A stretch of DNA of 64,000 nt. Source: Podarcis melisellensis (Eukaryota). Where the stretch lies: NCBI GenBank assembly GCA_964234715.1, contig OZ174275.1; one strand, given 5' to 3'. Made by a program: the position numbers and the translations under genes. The notes beneath the pieces are model-generated. The model saw only the letters and a program-made list of their open reading frames with translations, did no database searches and was not told the DNA's origin. Shown here one piece after another: positions 33,201-45,200 of the stretch. How positions within the stretch are numbered: the first letter of the stretch is position 1; each line of letters opens with the position of its first letter.

Positions 33201-36200
33201 ACCTTTCCTTCCAAACACTCACATCCACAAATTCACATTGCACATTCAAATCTACAAGTTTTTCACTTGTCTCCTCACAGACAACACTGTCTGAAGAGTT
33301 TCCTTACATTGAGGACTTGAAATTTTATAAAAATGAATGCCCTGTCTTAATCACTACCGTTACTAATCTACAAATATATTTTAGAAAGTATTCAATAAAC
33401 TGTGTAGGTTCCAAACATCACAATTATATCAAACCTAGCAAGAATTAGCAACAGCACTCTAGTATAAAAATTGTATTTTACCTTAACACACCAACTCAAA
33501 GAGCCCCACAGGTTTCATATGCAGCTTGAATTTGCCGCCATCCATGTGTTCTCTTAACATTAAAACTCTTCTTCTTACAGTCTCTTTCACAATTATCAGT
33601 CCATTCTTTTTGCTTTTGAGGTGTTCCCACTGTCCCCAATAGCACTTAGTATGTAGAAAGTATGGTATGGGTCCATTCCAGCAGTTTCCTGACCAGCCCA
33701 CCTGCAGCAATTTTGTCCACTCAGCAAAAGTAAGCAAAGTACGGAAAACGTCTGTTCATGCTGTCCTTTCTGAATCCGCTCTGTCTTGCTGCTGCTTCAT
33801 TCACACTGGGGGATCTTCACGCCAAAACAACTTTATGGAATCACAGTCTCTGATTGGAGTTTCCGACTGCAGACTTGGGATTTCACTTTATGAGGATACG
33901 TTGTTAATTCATTTTCAGTATTTCATTCTTCCTGCTTTCATTTTCTTTTCGTTAAATGGATATAAGCTTCTTATCTTCAGGAAAAAATTAATGACGGATG
34001 AGTATCACAATTTCATTTCTTCAATGCTTTTAAAGTCCAATTACCAATTTCAGTGAACACCAGATTATTTTCATTTGCTCTCATTTCCATTCTTGTCTTG
34101 GGTTCATGTCCAACAAAGTTCAAAGTCTGACGCTAATGTCCGTTATGTTGATCATTGCTCCCTAAAGTCTTTCTGCTCTTCTCTTGAGTATGGATAGGCG
34201 TGGTATCATACGTAAGGAACACTGAAAACTGGTGTCAGATGAATAAACCCTTCTGCATAACAAATGTTGAGCAATTTAAACCAAAAATTATTTGAACACA
34301 AAACATTATTACAGCTCAGAGTTCTGCACATTGCTGATTCTAAACATTTGCGTACCACCTGAGTTCCCCCCATGAAGCTTTTATCCCCCAAACAAAACAA
34401 AAACACCTCTCCAAACATTGGCATTATTAATTTTATATTATATTAAAAGTATAATAATAATACAGATTTTAATAAGACATTCTTATGGGACAAGGGGCCC
34501 CAAAACATCCTGGAAAATCTCCACATACCAACACCTCCAAAAATGCTTCCCACCTTTACATAATTACTGGTATTTAACTTTTAACAGTTTCAACTTGAAT
34601 TATATGCATATTTCTGAAGAATGAACAGGCATACAGACAGTTACGCTGATACATGCTGCTAGATGCATACAATTTGTAAGGCGAGCCCAAATAAAGACAT
34701 CAAAACTCATGTTAACAAATTCCCGCAGGTTCCAAAATGACAGCTAAGAAATAAGCAAAGGCCAGAGCCAACATCCTTAGAACAAACTGTTGTTGTGTTG
34801 CTTTTAAAACAAGCCATATTCTCATTAAATATAAAAACATAGCTTGTTGTTAAAACATTTATTCAAATACTTGTGCAACAAGAAAACAAGTATAATTCAA
34901 GCTAAAACAGAAATGGAAGCCAGGATATTGTTTGATATTCTTTTAGCTTTAGAGGGGCACCATGGAATGTGTTGTATCATCAAGTGCTGTCCCAACTACT
35001 GAAAAGACCCAAGGCAAAACAGTATGTAGTAGACGTTCTATAATATAATCTGAAATGATCTGAGTGAACTGCAAATATTCAGACGTTTTAACTAGACAAA
35101 CATAGGAGTGTAACTTAAGTGATCTAAGCAAATATGTTTATGTACATCAAAAGATGTGACCCTCTAATCCCTCTCAACTGATTTAAGAATTCATCAAAGT
35201 TTGCCTTTAAAAGATTAAGACCAGACTAGCTATGTGGCAGGACAAATGAAAACAAGTATTCTGGCAGACTTAAGGTAGGTTTGCAGTGATGTCAGCATGT
35301 GATTGTCTGCACTGCCAAATTCCAAGGAAGCCTGGTAGATTGGGCAGATGAAAATGTGTAGAGCCCATTTCCATAACATAGTGATAATAAAAGCTTTTGA
35401 CAGGTGATTTGTATTATTTGGGAACTATACAGCACCAAGTGCCTGAAGACTACTTTTCATATTTTGCCCCCTTATCCATCAAGTAAAAACACACTTGCTC
35501 CTAATAATAACAGCAAGGGCTATTTTTGGTTGAATTTGAAGCACCATGTCAAATCACTAAAGAGGTTCTCTTAAGTGTCTTTCCCATTCACCCTGTGTTG
35601 CATATTCTTGTACCTGAAGACGGCTGCATGCAAGAGTTTACTGCAGAAACTGGTCCTAAATTGCAACATGTTGCATCGTTTTCTTCTGAATGATCTAGAT
35701 AACAGTTTCAACAAAATAAATGAAGGTTCTGTTCTGAAACTATCCATTTCTGTGTTTTCCGCACCAAGTTTTATCTTCTTCTACTACTGTCTAGACTTGT
35801 CCTGTTTAAAACGAATTATTCAGAGTAAGAAAATCATGAAGGCAGTTTCAAAAAGTAACTTAACCTTATTTTGCTAATCCCCTGCTTCAGAAACTGTATT
35901 AAAATTGGGCAACAGCAAAAAAAAGAAAAAAAAAAAGAGAAAACCTCAAAAAAGAAAAACCTGAACAAAACAAACAAATCACTTGGCTCAACTGAGTAAG
36001 TTACTCATTCAGAAGTAGACCCATTTAGATGGACTTAAGCCCACTTATTTCAGTGGGTCTACTCAATGCTAATTTAGGATTATCAGCCTATATGGTCATC
36101 CAGAAAATGATCTTGAAAAAGCCAGCAAAACAAAATCCTATTCAAGTGCTAGACCCATTTTTCCATCTCTCTCTGCCCCAGGTTTCTTTCCACCATAAGC

Positions 36201-39200
36201 ATATATCATATAAATATATCTTAGAACCAGTTAGAACTTTTTAGTCAAAGCTGTTTATTTATGAAGCTTTTGTCTAGAGCTTAAATAAAGTCAGAGAAAT
36301 AAGTCTGCATGTACAAATATATGGTTTTAGATGTACAGAGAATAAGACAGGCTACCACCATATACCAATTCATACCAGGAGCACTTGATTTAAAGAGCAC
36401 CTTCAAGAACATGAACCCTTAACATTTTCAATCACTTCCATAATTAGCCACCCTTAGAGAAGAGTTACTGGCATGCAGCCATACGTCCAAGGGAAAACTC
36501 AGACATTTAACCTTTGCTATACAGAGTCTAGTTTCAGAGCTGACCTTATGGTACTGACCTTACAGTACTGCAGACTAGCAGTTGACTCAGACAGAAAAGA
36601 AACAGCCAAATATCAACTTGGCAATGGAAGAAACTGATGTTTAATTTAATTTAATAATGATGACTATATATCACCACCACCAGGACAATGTGAAATGTAG
36701 CATAAACAAAGTAATAATGGTGTATTCCTCAATTATTAACTAGAGAAGAATTTTAATTATCTTTTCAGTTGACTTTTCAGGAGGGGTATGATGTCAAACA
36801 AAATATTAACACTGAAAGATGGAAGTGCAAGATTAAACAGACTAAATTGCTTTAGCTGTATCAGAACTGCCAGAGTAGACAGTCCATTTAAAAGGATTAA
36901 TAGATTGTGGAAGTCCATCAGCTGGGGGCCCTATAACCAGTTTGAATGACTTCCAGAAAATATTGCCTTACTAGGCCTCTGTTTAGTTGAACTTCAGGTA
37001 AGATATTTCTTCAGATAAGGTAGTAACCCCCACCCCCACCCCACAAATTAAGTACCTTAAGATTAACACCGACATAAACCCTTAATATGCAGCTTATATT
37101 CTTGAGCAAAAAATGCATTCTCTGAGAATAAAAAATGAAAGGAAATATATCATTGATATCAGCCTGGGGTCAATCTTTACTGAACCTTTTACCAGGCAAT
37201 GCCAGGAATTTAACCTGACACATCTTCAGCAGACAAAATATCTGCTCATTGAGCTATGGTCTCTTCTTTCTCAGACCCTGCTTCTAGTGGCACAACATAA
37301 AAGGTTGGAGAGCCCTCCATAATGGCCCCCATGAGCTGCAAGGAATTTCCAGCAGAAGGAAATTCCACCTCTTGCCCAGTGGAAGTGGTTTTCACTTGTG
37401 CATTGGGATCCTACTCCATGATAACATAAGGGAGCTCTGAACATCTGAATGTTAATATATCTACGGAAAGAAATCTTAGAAGAATGAACCCTGATATCCA
37501 TCTCTACTAGTCTTTTTAGGGGATTCCATTCTAATTATATAACTGCTACTTACCCCCCAAAGCTTAATTAAGTCTGCAAATCAAAGAGACCCTGTGGAAG
37601 ATGTTGCTCTGCTCACTGCTATATTCCAGTTTCCCAAGAAACTGGAGTATTCCAACAAGAACAAAGATTTCTGAAAGGCTACCTTGTTCGTACAGATGTG
37701 CGAGCAAGGGAGACGCTGTGAGCTAACATGAAAATATAAGAGCAAACTTAATATTTGTTGCTCATTCATAAACATGCAACATACTTGAAATACTTAATAC
37801 CAACCATAAGTAAACCATATATAGTACTCAACAGCAGTGATAACTGAATTTTAACAGCCCCAACAAAATGAATACCATGGATCCAAAAAGCAACACTGTT
37901 TTGCCTGAAAGCTTTCCCTTGCATTCTCCCAAAAAACCACCCTTGAGAGTAGAGGGAACCTCAAGAACAGTATGGGATGGGTGGTGCGGAAATGCAGTTG
38001 AAGGGGGAGATCGGTAAGCTGCCTTGTGCAAGTAGAAGTCCTTTCAACTTATGTAAGACAAAGTCTGGATCCAAAGCTTTACTTTTATCTCATGCTGATA
38101 ATGGTCACCAATTACTGGTAGCAACAGCTCTTGAAAGTTTTGCTTTAATAAAATTATGAGTAGTAGTAGCTTACTTAAACACACTATTTTTATACAACCT
38201 AAATATAGCTGAGGAAAGTATCACCATTTCTGGGATGTTTGACTGAATCAAGAAGTGTTTCAAAAAGTACAATTAGCAACCCAAAGTACATCTTTCCTCA
38301 ATCGTCTTTATAAAAATAATTCACATCATTCAGTACTAAGTGTTCACTAACAAAGAATGTAAGGACTAAGAAATAAATACTAGTATTTTATTGTTAGAAC
38401 ACAAATCTCCAAGTTATACAAATTAGATGGATCAAACAGCATTGCCCAACATCAAAAAGGTAGAAAAGATAGGCCCAGATCCATACTGGAACTTAACGTC
38501 CCTACTACAAGCAAGTATTCAAAATGAAGACTATAGTCAGTTGTAAGCACCAGTAAGCGCCTGCCATGTCCTTAAGGGAATGAGCTGGATTGCACTATAA
38601 ACATGTAGAATTCTGCTCCTGTCCCTCCCAAAGGCTATATAGTTCTCCCCCAATCTAGTGGGAAATTTCCAGAGTGGTATGCAAAGAGAGGTTATGTAAA
38701 AAAATATAAATGTAATCCAAGCATTCATCTTAAACTGCAGTAAAGTTCAATTCTAGTCTGCTACATTCTATTCCTGTTGCCCTTGCATTCCAGAATCACA
38801 TTTGTGCTACTTTTTAGCTCCCAACATCAACCTACAAGATTGATATCATATTTGGAAGTACTGACCATTTAAAACCACAATACTAACAAATCCAGAATTC
38901 GTCTGGATATTGTCCTGATTTCAGAGAAGCTGGGAAGGTGAAGTAAGCCACTGAAGTTAAGCTCTCTCTTGTTTGTGAAAGGCACATTACATCATAAAAG
39001 CAATTTACATAAAATGTGCTACCGAAACACTGAAGGATATTGTCTCATGTGGCTTCAATCACAACCAACTCTCCTTAAGAATAATCAAGTTCACGGCAGG
39101 GTTCTTTTAAAATAAAAAAGCATATGCTTCCCTGTAATTTGTTTCCTAGTAAATACTAACGGTGATTGTGAAAAATGGTCGTTCTATTAGATTATATTTT

Positions 39201-42200
39201 AAAAGCAAATTCTGATGCAGATGATCTGCCTTTTTTCCAGGAAAGGTAACACAGTAATGCCAAAGCAAAAGATGGCAAAACTGCCATACAGTCACTTTCA
39301 GACAGTTCAACAAGCTTCAAGGTAACCAGAAAATGTACCTTCACACAGTTTTAACAAGTGCCATAATAGCTATGAGCAGTCATGATCTTTTGCAATGAAT
39401 GTCTTGCAGAGTAACATTTAAAACTTTCAGCGTCTAAAACTTATATAGGATTTTGGATTTGACATTCCTGGTTGAATAAGCCATGAAGGAGCATCTGGTG
39501 CAAGTATCTGGTGTTTATGCTGGTTTTAGTACTTTGAGCCCAGGCTCTTTAACTCAGTTTCCCATTATGTCTGAAATTGGGAGCACTGGTTTAATGTTGA
39601 TTACTAACCAGCATCTGAAATCTGATTTGCAAACTTGTATTAAACCTCAATTCCCCATTTCAGAGGAAAGTGTGACTTAAAAGCAGCTTGGGCTGAACCT
39701 GGCACACATGGGGAGGCAGGAATAAGCTTGATGCTTATTCTTGCTTAATGAACTATGGTTTATTAAGAATTTTACCTCTGAGCCTGCCATATGTTAATAA
39801 ACACTCATTAAGCATAAGTGATTAACATATAACTAGAGTAACATGTGAGTCCATGTATAATGAAGCCCTAATGCTTCAGTTTGTTTTCCTGCTCTAGTCA
39901 GACTCACCTTTTCCAAAGTTACATATTTTTTATGATGTTTTTTCCTGATCTACCCACATAAAATAGCTTTGTAAGCTATTACTGCACCCATATTTTAGGT
40001 AGCTATCACCTCATGCTATTCACTGAGCATTTTTCGGATGGGAATATCAATCAGGGAAACTAAACTGCTTGGCAGTGTCTCTAAGCACACTGTAGAAGCA
40101 AACTGAATTCAGTGGGGTGGGGAAGTAAACAGAATTTAAAAAAAACAACAGTTAAATATATCAGCAAATGTCTTACTGCAGTGGTTGCAGAACAATGCCA
40201 CTAGCAATTACATTACTAAATTAATACCCACCACCATATTAACAGTGCAATTCCACTGCCTGAAAATTCAAATTACCAGCGTTCACAACCTTCTAATAAT
40301 CTCTGTCTGTAGAGACCTTCCATACTTGCTTAAACTGAAATCTATTATTCTTTCTCCAAAGAAAAAGTTAGATCAAAGTCTCCAAAACACTTAATAAATC
40401 CAGGTTGAAGACATCTGTGCCACTTTCAGACAAGAGAACACCATCTAGATGGAACAATCCTGGAGACTCTGGGACAAGTGAATCGTGTTTGATTATAATC
40501 CCTCCAATACGTTCCATAAAACTGCAGATTTCCCGATTTACTCTCTTCCTGCTTTTCTCCATAAATTCATGGGACATATCTTGGTTCCATGCTTTGCGGG
40601 GTACAATATTAGACCAGACAAGGATGCTGTTCTTGAATGTTATCTTAATATGTATTATATCTTTCTTCATTTGTCTTATGATATCATAATCTGCGTATGT
40701 CCCAAGGTCATTTCCTCCTAGATGGATCACCAATATATCAGGATCTGTTAGACGCCGCCGTGTGTGCAATAGGCTGGGTATCAACTGATCCCACGTCATG
40801 CCACTCTTTCCTAGCCAATGTAGTTTGGCATCCTCCAGTCGAATGCCCAACTGTGGGCCAAAGCTTCTTTCAAGTGCTCTTTTTTCTGCCCAGAAAACGT
40901 AAGAATGACCACATATCCATACCTGTTTCTGCTTTCTTCTGCCATCTGCTATTAAGAGAACAAACATACATTAATGCTTCATAAATTTTGTGGCCCAAGC
41001 ACCTCCTGAAAACTTTATTCAGTGTTGTCTGAATTATTCCATGTAAAAATCAAAACATGAGACACCTCTATCTTAAAATACATGGCATAATAATCCATAA
41101 AGTCAACTCTTTATTTGAAGATTGGTGTGTAAAGTTTACAGGTAAAAATGCCTGCATTCAAGTTATAAGATCAATGGAAAGGAATGCATGCTCATGTACC
41201 CTTTTGATCAATCTTACAAGAGTAAGTGAAAATATCTTTTCTAAATAAAGTTGCTAACAATCCATTTAGATCTTGATAAAGTATATAGGTTTGATAGATG
41301 TGCTCTACTCAGAATGAAGTTCTTCCAGATTTTTTTCCAAAATTAACAAAAGGTCAGGAGCAGAAGTCCATACCTTTCAAGCAGACCAAGAAGAGAAAGC
41401 TTCGACTGTTAAGAAAGCCCAGGGAGCAGAGTTATACTTCTCTATTAAATCTTATGTAGAAATTTATGTAACCATTTCCACGCTTTGCCTGACAGGATTA
41501 ATTTTTGTTGCCACATCACACCTCCATTTCTAAAAATTCATTTTCTGAACAAAACGCTAGAAAGCTTGCACTAGGGATAGATTTTCTATTACTGCCCTGA
41601 AAAAATAGTAATTTGATCTCTTCTAAACAATGTAGACCTCCATTATTAAACTACTGAAAATTATCAGTTTTACATTTCCCCTGCAATTTTCAACTTGTTT
41701 TTGTTCCTGACATGCAATCCAGTCAATTTTCTAATTGTAAAAATGGTTTTATTGTTTTTAGAGTTTGCATCTTTTGTATTTGATCTTATTGTACATAGCT
41801 TCAATAGCATATGGCTCTGAAGCAGTCCATAGACCTGTAAAATAACAATAACGATAATAGTAATAGCTCAACAAAAGTGATGATAATTTTTGGAGTTCAA
41901 ATATATTCTATGTGACATTGGACAAGAAAATAGTGGATGATGTGGCCAGGGATCTTGCAGTCTTTGTGCTAAATAATAATGTGCTTTCTAAATTATACTC
42001 TTTTGAGGGTTTCAAGTTTTTGCTTATCACTAGAGGCAACAATACGTTCAGATTCTTAGGACTTCTCTCCTGAACAGGTCTGGTAGTTCTGGGCTAAGCA
42101 GTAAAACAGGTGAGCAAGCATTTCAGCACCCAAGAATTACACTGAATGTGAAACAGAAGAAAGCTGTTGATTGGCACCTTTAGCTTACAGATCAACAAAC

Positions 42201-45200
42201 TTCACAAGATGAAGATCTGGTGATGGTAGCTGGGCTACTTCATGAACGGCACTTCTACATTTGCATCACACACAAAAAGAGTGGGGGGAAATTGCAGTTT
42301 GGGAGTGTACTGGAAAACACGATGGGGGTCAAGGATAGCTTGGCTTGCTTCCAGTTAAGCACGGAACTCAACTGTATTTTCAGTGCTGACTCGACAACAA
42401 TCAAGGCTTCTTCACATCATCCTTAGGTACTGTTCTCCATCCTTGGCTGACATAGCAAAAGGCTTGTAAATAGGCTGTAGTACTGCATCTTGGCTGCAGT
42501 TACTCCACACTGGCTACAGGCCTCTTCATTCTTGTGCCCAAATGATGCTGCTGTTCAAGTTCCTGGTACATTCAGTGGTGTGATCAAATGAAACCCACCC
42601 CTTTCTCATCATTGAAAAGTTCATGACTACAAGATCATTCCCCCAGTTAATAAGAACATAATAAATATGTAGGCTTAAAAAAAGAGAGGCTTCGGGCTTT
42701 AATTTATCTTGGACCTGCAAACATAATATTTTCAAACACATGTGAACTTCATTACATAAAACAGTTCAATAAAAAAGAAGTTTGTTGAACAGAGAAAAGA
42801 GTTAATGATTGTTCCATCAATCAAACAATGGAGAAAAAAATGAACATCTAGCATGGTTAAAGTGCAACGTAACTGATGTTTTTGCCACGAGGCACTTAAT
42901 GCCCATCTCAGAAATAGGTGTATTTGGATTTGCTTTATGCTGTATATTTAGAATGAGCAATCTCATTGCATTCGGAAAAAGACACTTTCAAAGCTACTCA
43001 CCCACAGTAGTTACAGGAGGTTGAGAAGGGTAGTGTTGTGTGCTAGTTGTTGGTGGAAATGATCCGCTAGGGGGAGGGTAAGGATAGCTTGGGTAACCAC
43101 TTGAAAGGGGAGGGGGAGAAAGACACAGTGTTATGCATTCTTTAGTTAATATTTCCATCCATAAGCATTTTTTTTTTTTACGTTTAAAAAATTTATAATA
43201 GACAAACAGAATTTTAAAAAGAGCCACTGATGCAGATATAAACGGTCAGAGTAATATTCAAGACCATGAGAAATTTGTCGTCATCCATAGATTTCAGAGG
43301 TATCAATGTTTTAATCAATGTTATTCAGATATGTATAAATAAATTTCAAGTTCCCTGATCAAAGTTTCTTCACATTTGTGGATTAAAGCTGAAGACAGGT
43401 AGAGGCACTCAGACTAATTATTCACAAGAACTAACTTAGTTGGTCTTTAAGGTGCTACTGGAAGGAATTTTTTGTTTTGTTTTGACTATGGCAGACCAAC
43501 ACGGCTACCTATCTGTAACTGTAATTATTCATGGTTCATTCTGTTAGCAGTTAACAGGTTTGTACTTTGTTGCATTATTTTCATTTGAAAAGGTCTATGT
43601 TGCCTTGGTGGTTTCATTTACAGAGGGGAGACTGAGCAGGCTTCTCCAACTGCCAGAGCATGTACACATTTTAGAGTTTCTGCATGCTACGTTACTTTCC
43701 TCAAAAGTTAGTGCCCTCTATTTCCACTCAGTTGGTGTCATACACTCCATTTTCAGAATCAGTTATATAATGCATATAGTGATGGCAGAGCTAATAAGCC
43801 ATCAATAGTAGGAAACTAGAGACAATAATACCACAGGATATGAAAAAGGGAGATACAATACAGTACATGTGGGATTTCTACACTCAGAACTGTGTCTATT
43901 GTGAACAAGCCTTACTGTTTAATTCATTGTACTAACACTAGCCAACAACTAAAGGGAGAAAATGAGCCGATGTGTAGAAATAAAGCAGTCCTCAGTCCTC
44001 TTCTGTCTCCATACATTAAAAGAACATGTGCAAAAGGTAGCAGTGTGTTATATCAAGGTTGGTGTTAGACTTTAGTAGACTCTCAGACTGGGCCTCTCTC
44101 AGTTCCCCTGCCCAACAATGTGTCTTCCCTTGGGCACTCTGCCCACCAATTCTGCTGCCACCAGTCATTTCTCACTCCCTCCGGTTGTGCTTATCCAGCA
44201 GATGGCAGCGGTGTTTTTGATGGAAAACTCAGCTCCGATCTTCAGCAGCAGATGGCTGCCATCTCAGAGACCCCAAATGCAATGCCCGTTTGTGAGCACT
44301 GCATTTTGGGGGTCCTGAGATGGTGGCCACCCACCACGGACTGGAGTTTGAGTGGTGGTTTGGCTCCCATATGAAAATGGCACCTGCTGGTGGAGGGTAG
44401 TGATTGGTGCATTGGACAGAGATCCCAACAGTGGTGGAAATGCCAGGCAGGGTGTCAATGGGGGTGATAGCAAGACTGGCATCAGCTCCAATGGGGCCCT
44501 GCCAGAACACATGGGCTGTAGCAGTTGCTCCAGTACGTTGGGTTCTAATCCTGGGTCTGTTTTGGAGTTGCTCCACCACCAGTGCCCACACTGTCTATTG
44601 CTGGCTCCACCCTCAGACTTATACGTATTGGGCAGAAAGTCTGAAGGGGAAACTTACACACGTTCAGCAGAAGGTACACAGGCTCCTCCATGTAACTAGG
44701 AGTCCTGTGGATGTGTGGATGCAAATTTTGTGGAGGAGCCTGTGTGCATGAAGCTGAACTTACATACATTCTCCCAACAGATCTTCTGCCCAGTGCACAA
44801 AGGTCTGGGGGATGAGCTGGAGGGAACAGAGACATCAGAGACAGAAAAAAAACATGCATAGCTGTGCACCCCCCTACATGTGTTCTTTTAACATGGGAGG
44901 CCTAGGTTTTTTATATATAAAAGTCCTCTCATAAGGAGAGGATGCAGCCAAATAATGTTAAGAATGCAAGAAACAAGCTGAAAAGTTTTATAAAAAGGCA
45001 AGAACGTAAGTCATTTTAGAAGTATAGGTTTACAATGACACCAATTTTGCTCACTATACACTTAATCATTGCTTTACCCAAATGAAGGGGCCTTAAATGC
45101 AACCAGGGTTTTTGATGACTGTATTTAAATAACAACATATAAAAGACCCTGACAACACCTAGACAAAACTGAACTCAAGATGAATGGAATACAAATCTAA

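Noticed and set aside
40949-40967. ATG start (MFVLLI) of the 199-aa ORF as a stand-alone single-exon gene
   Set aside because: These codons are the polypyrimidine tract and acceptor, and no promoter or CpG island is nearby. Splicing from TSG101 exon 7 explains the ORF better, though independent initiation is not excluded.
44118-44859. Several 80-120 aa ORFs in TSG101 intron 6
   Set aside because: They lie in repeat-derived, palindromic sequence with no motifs or convincing splice sites.
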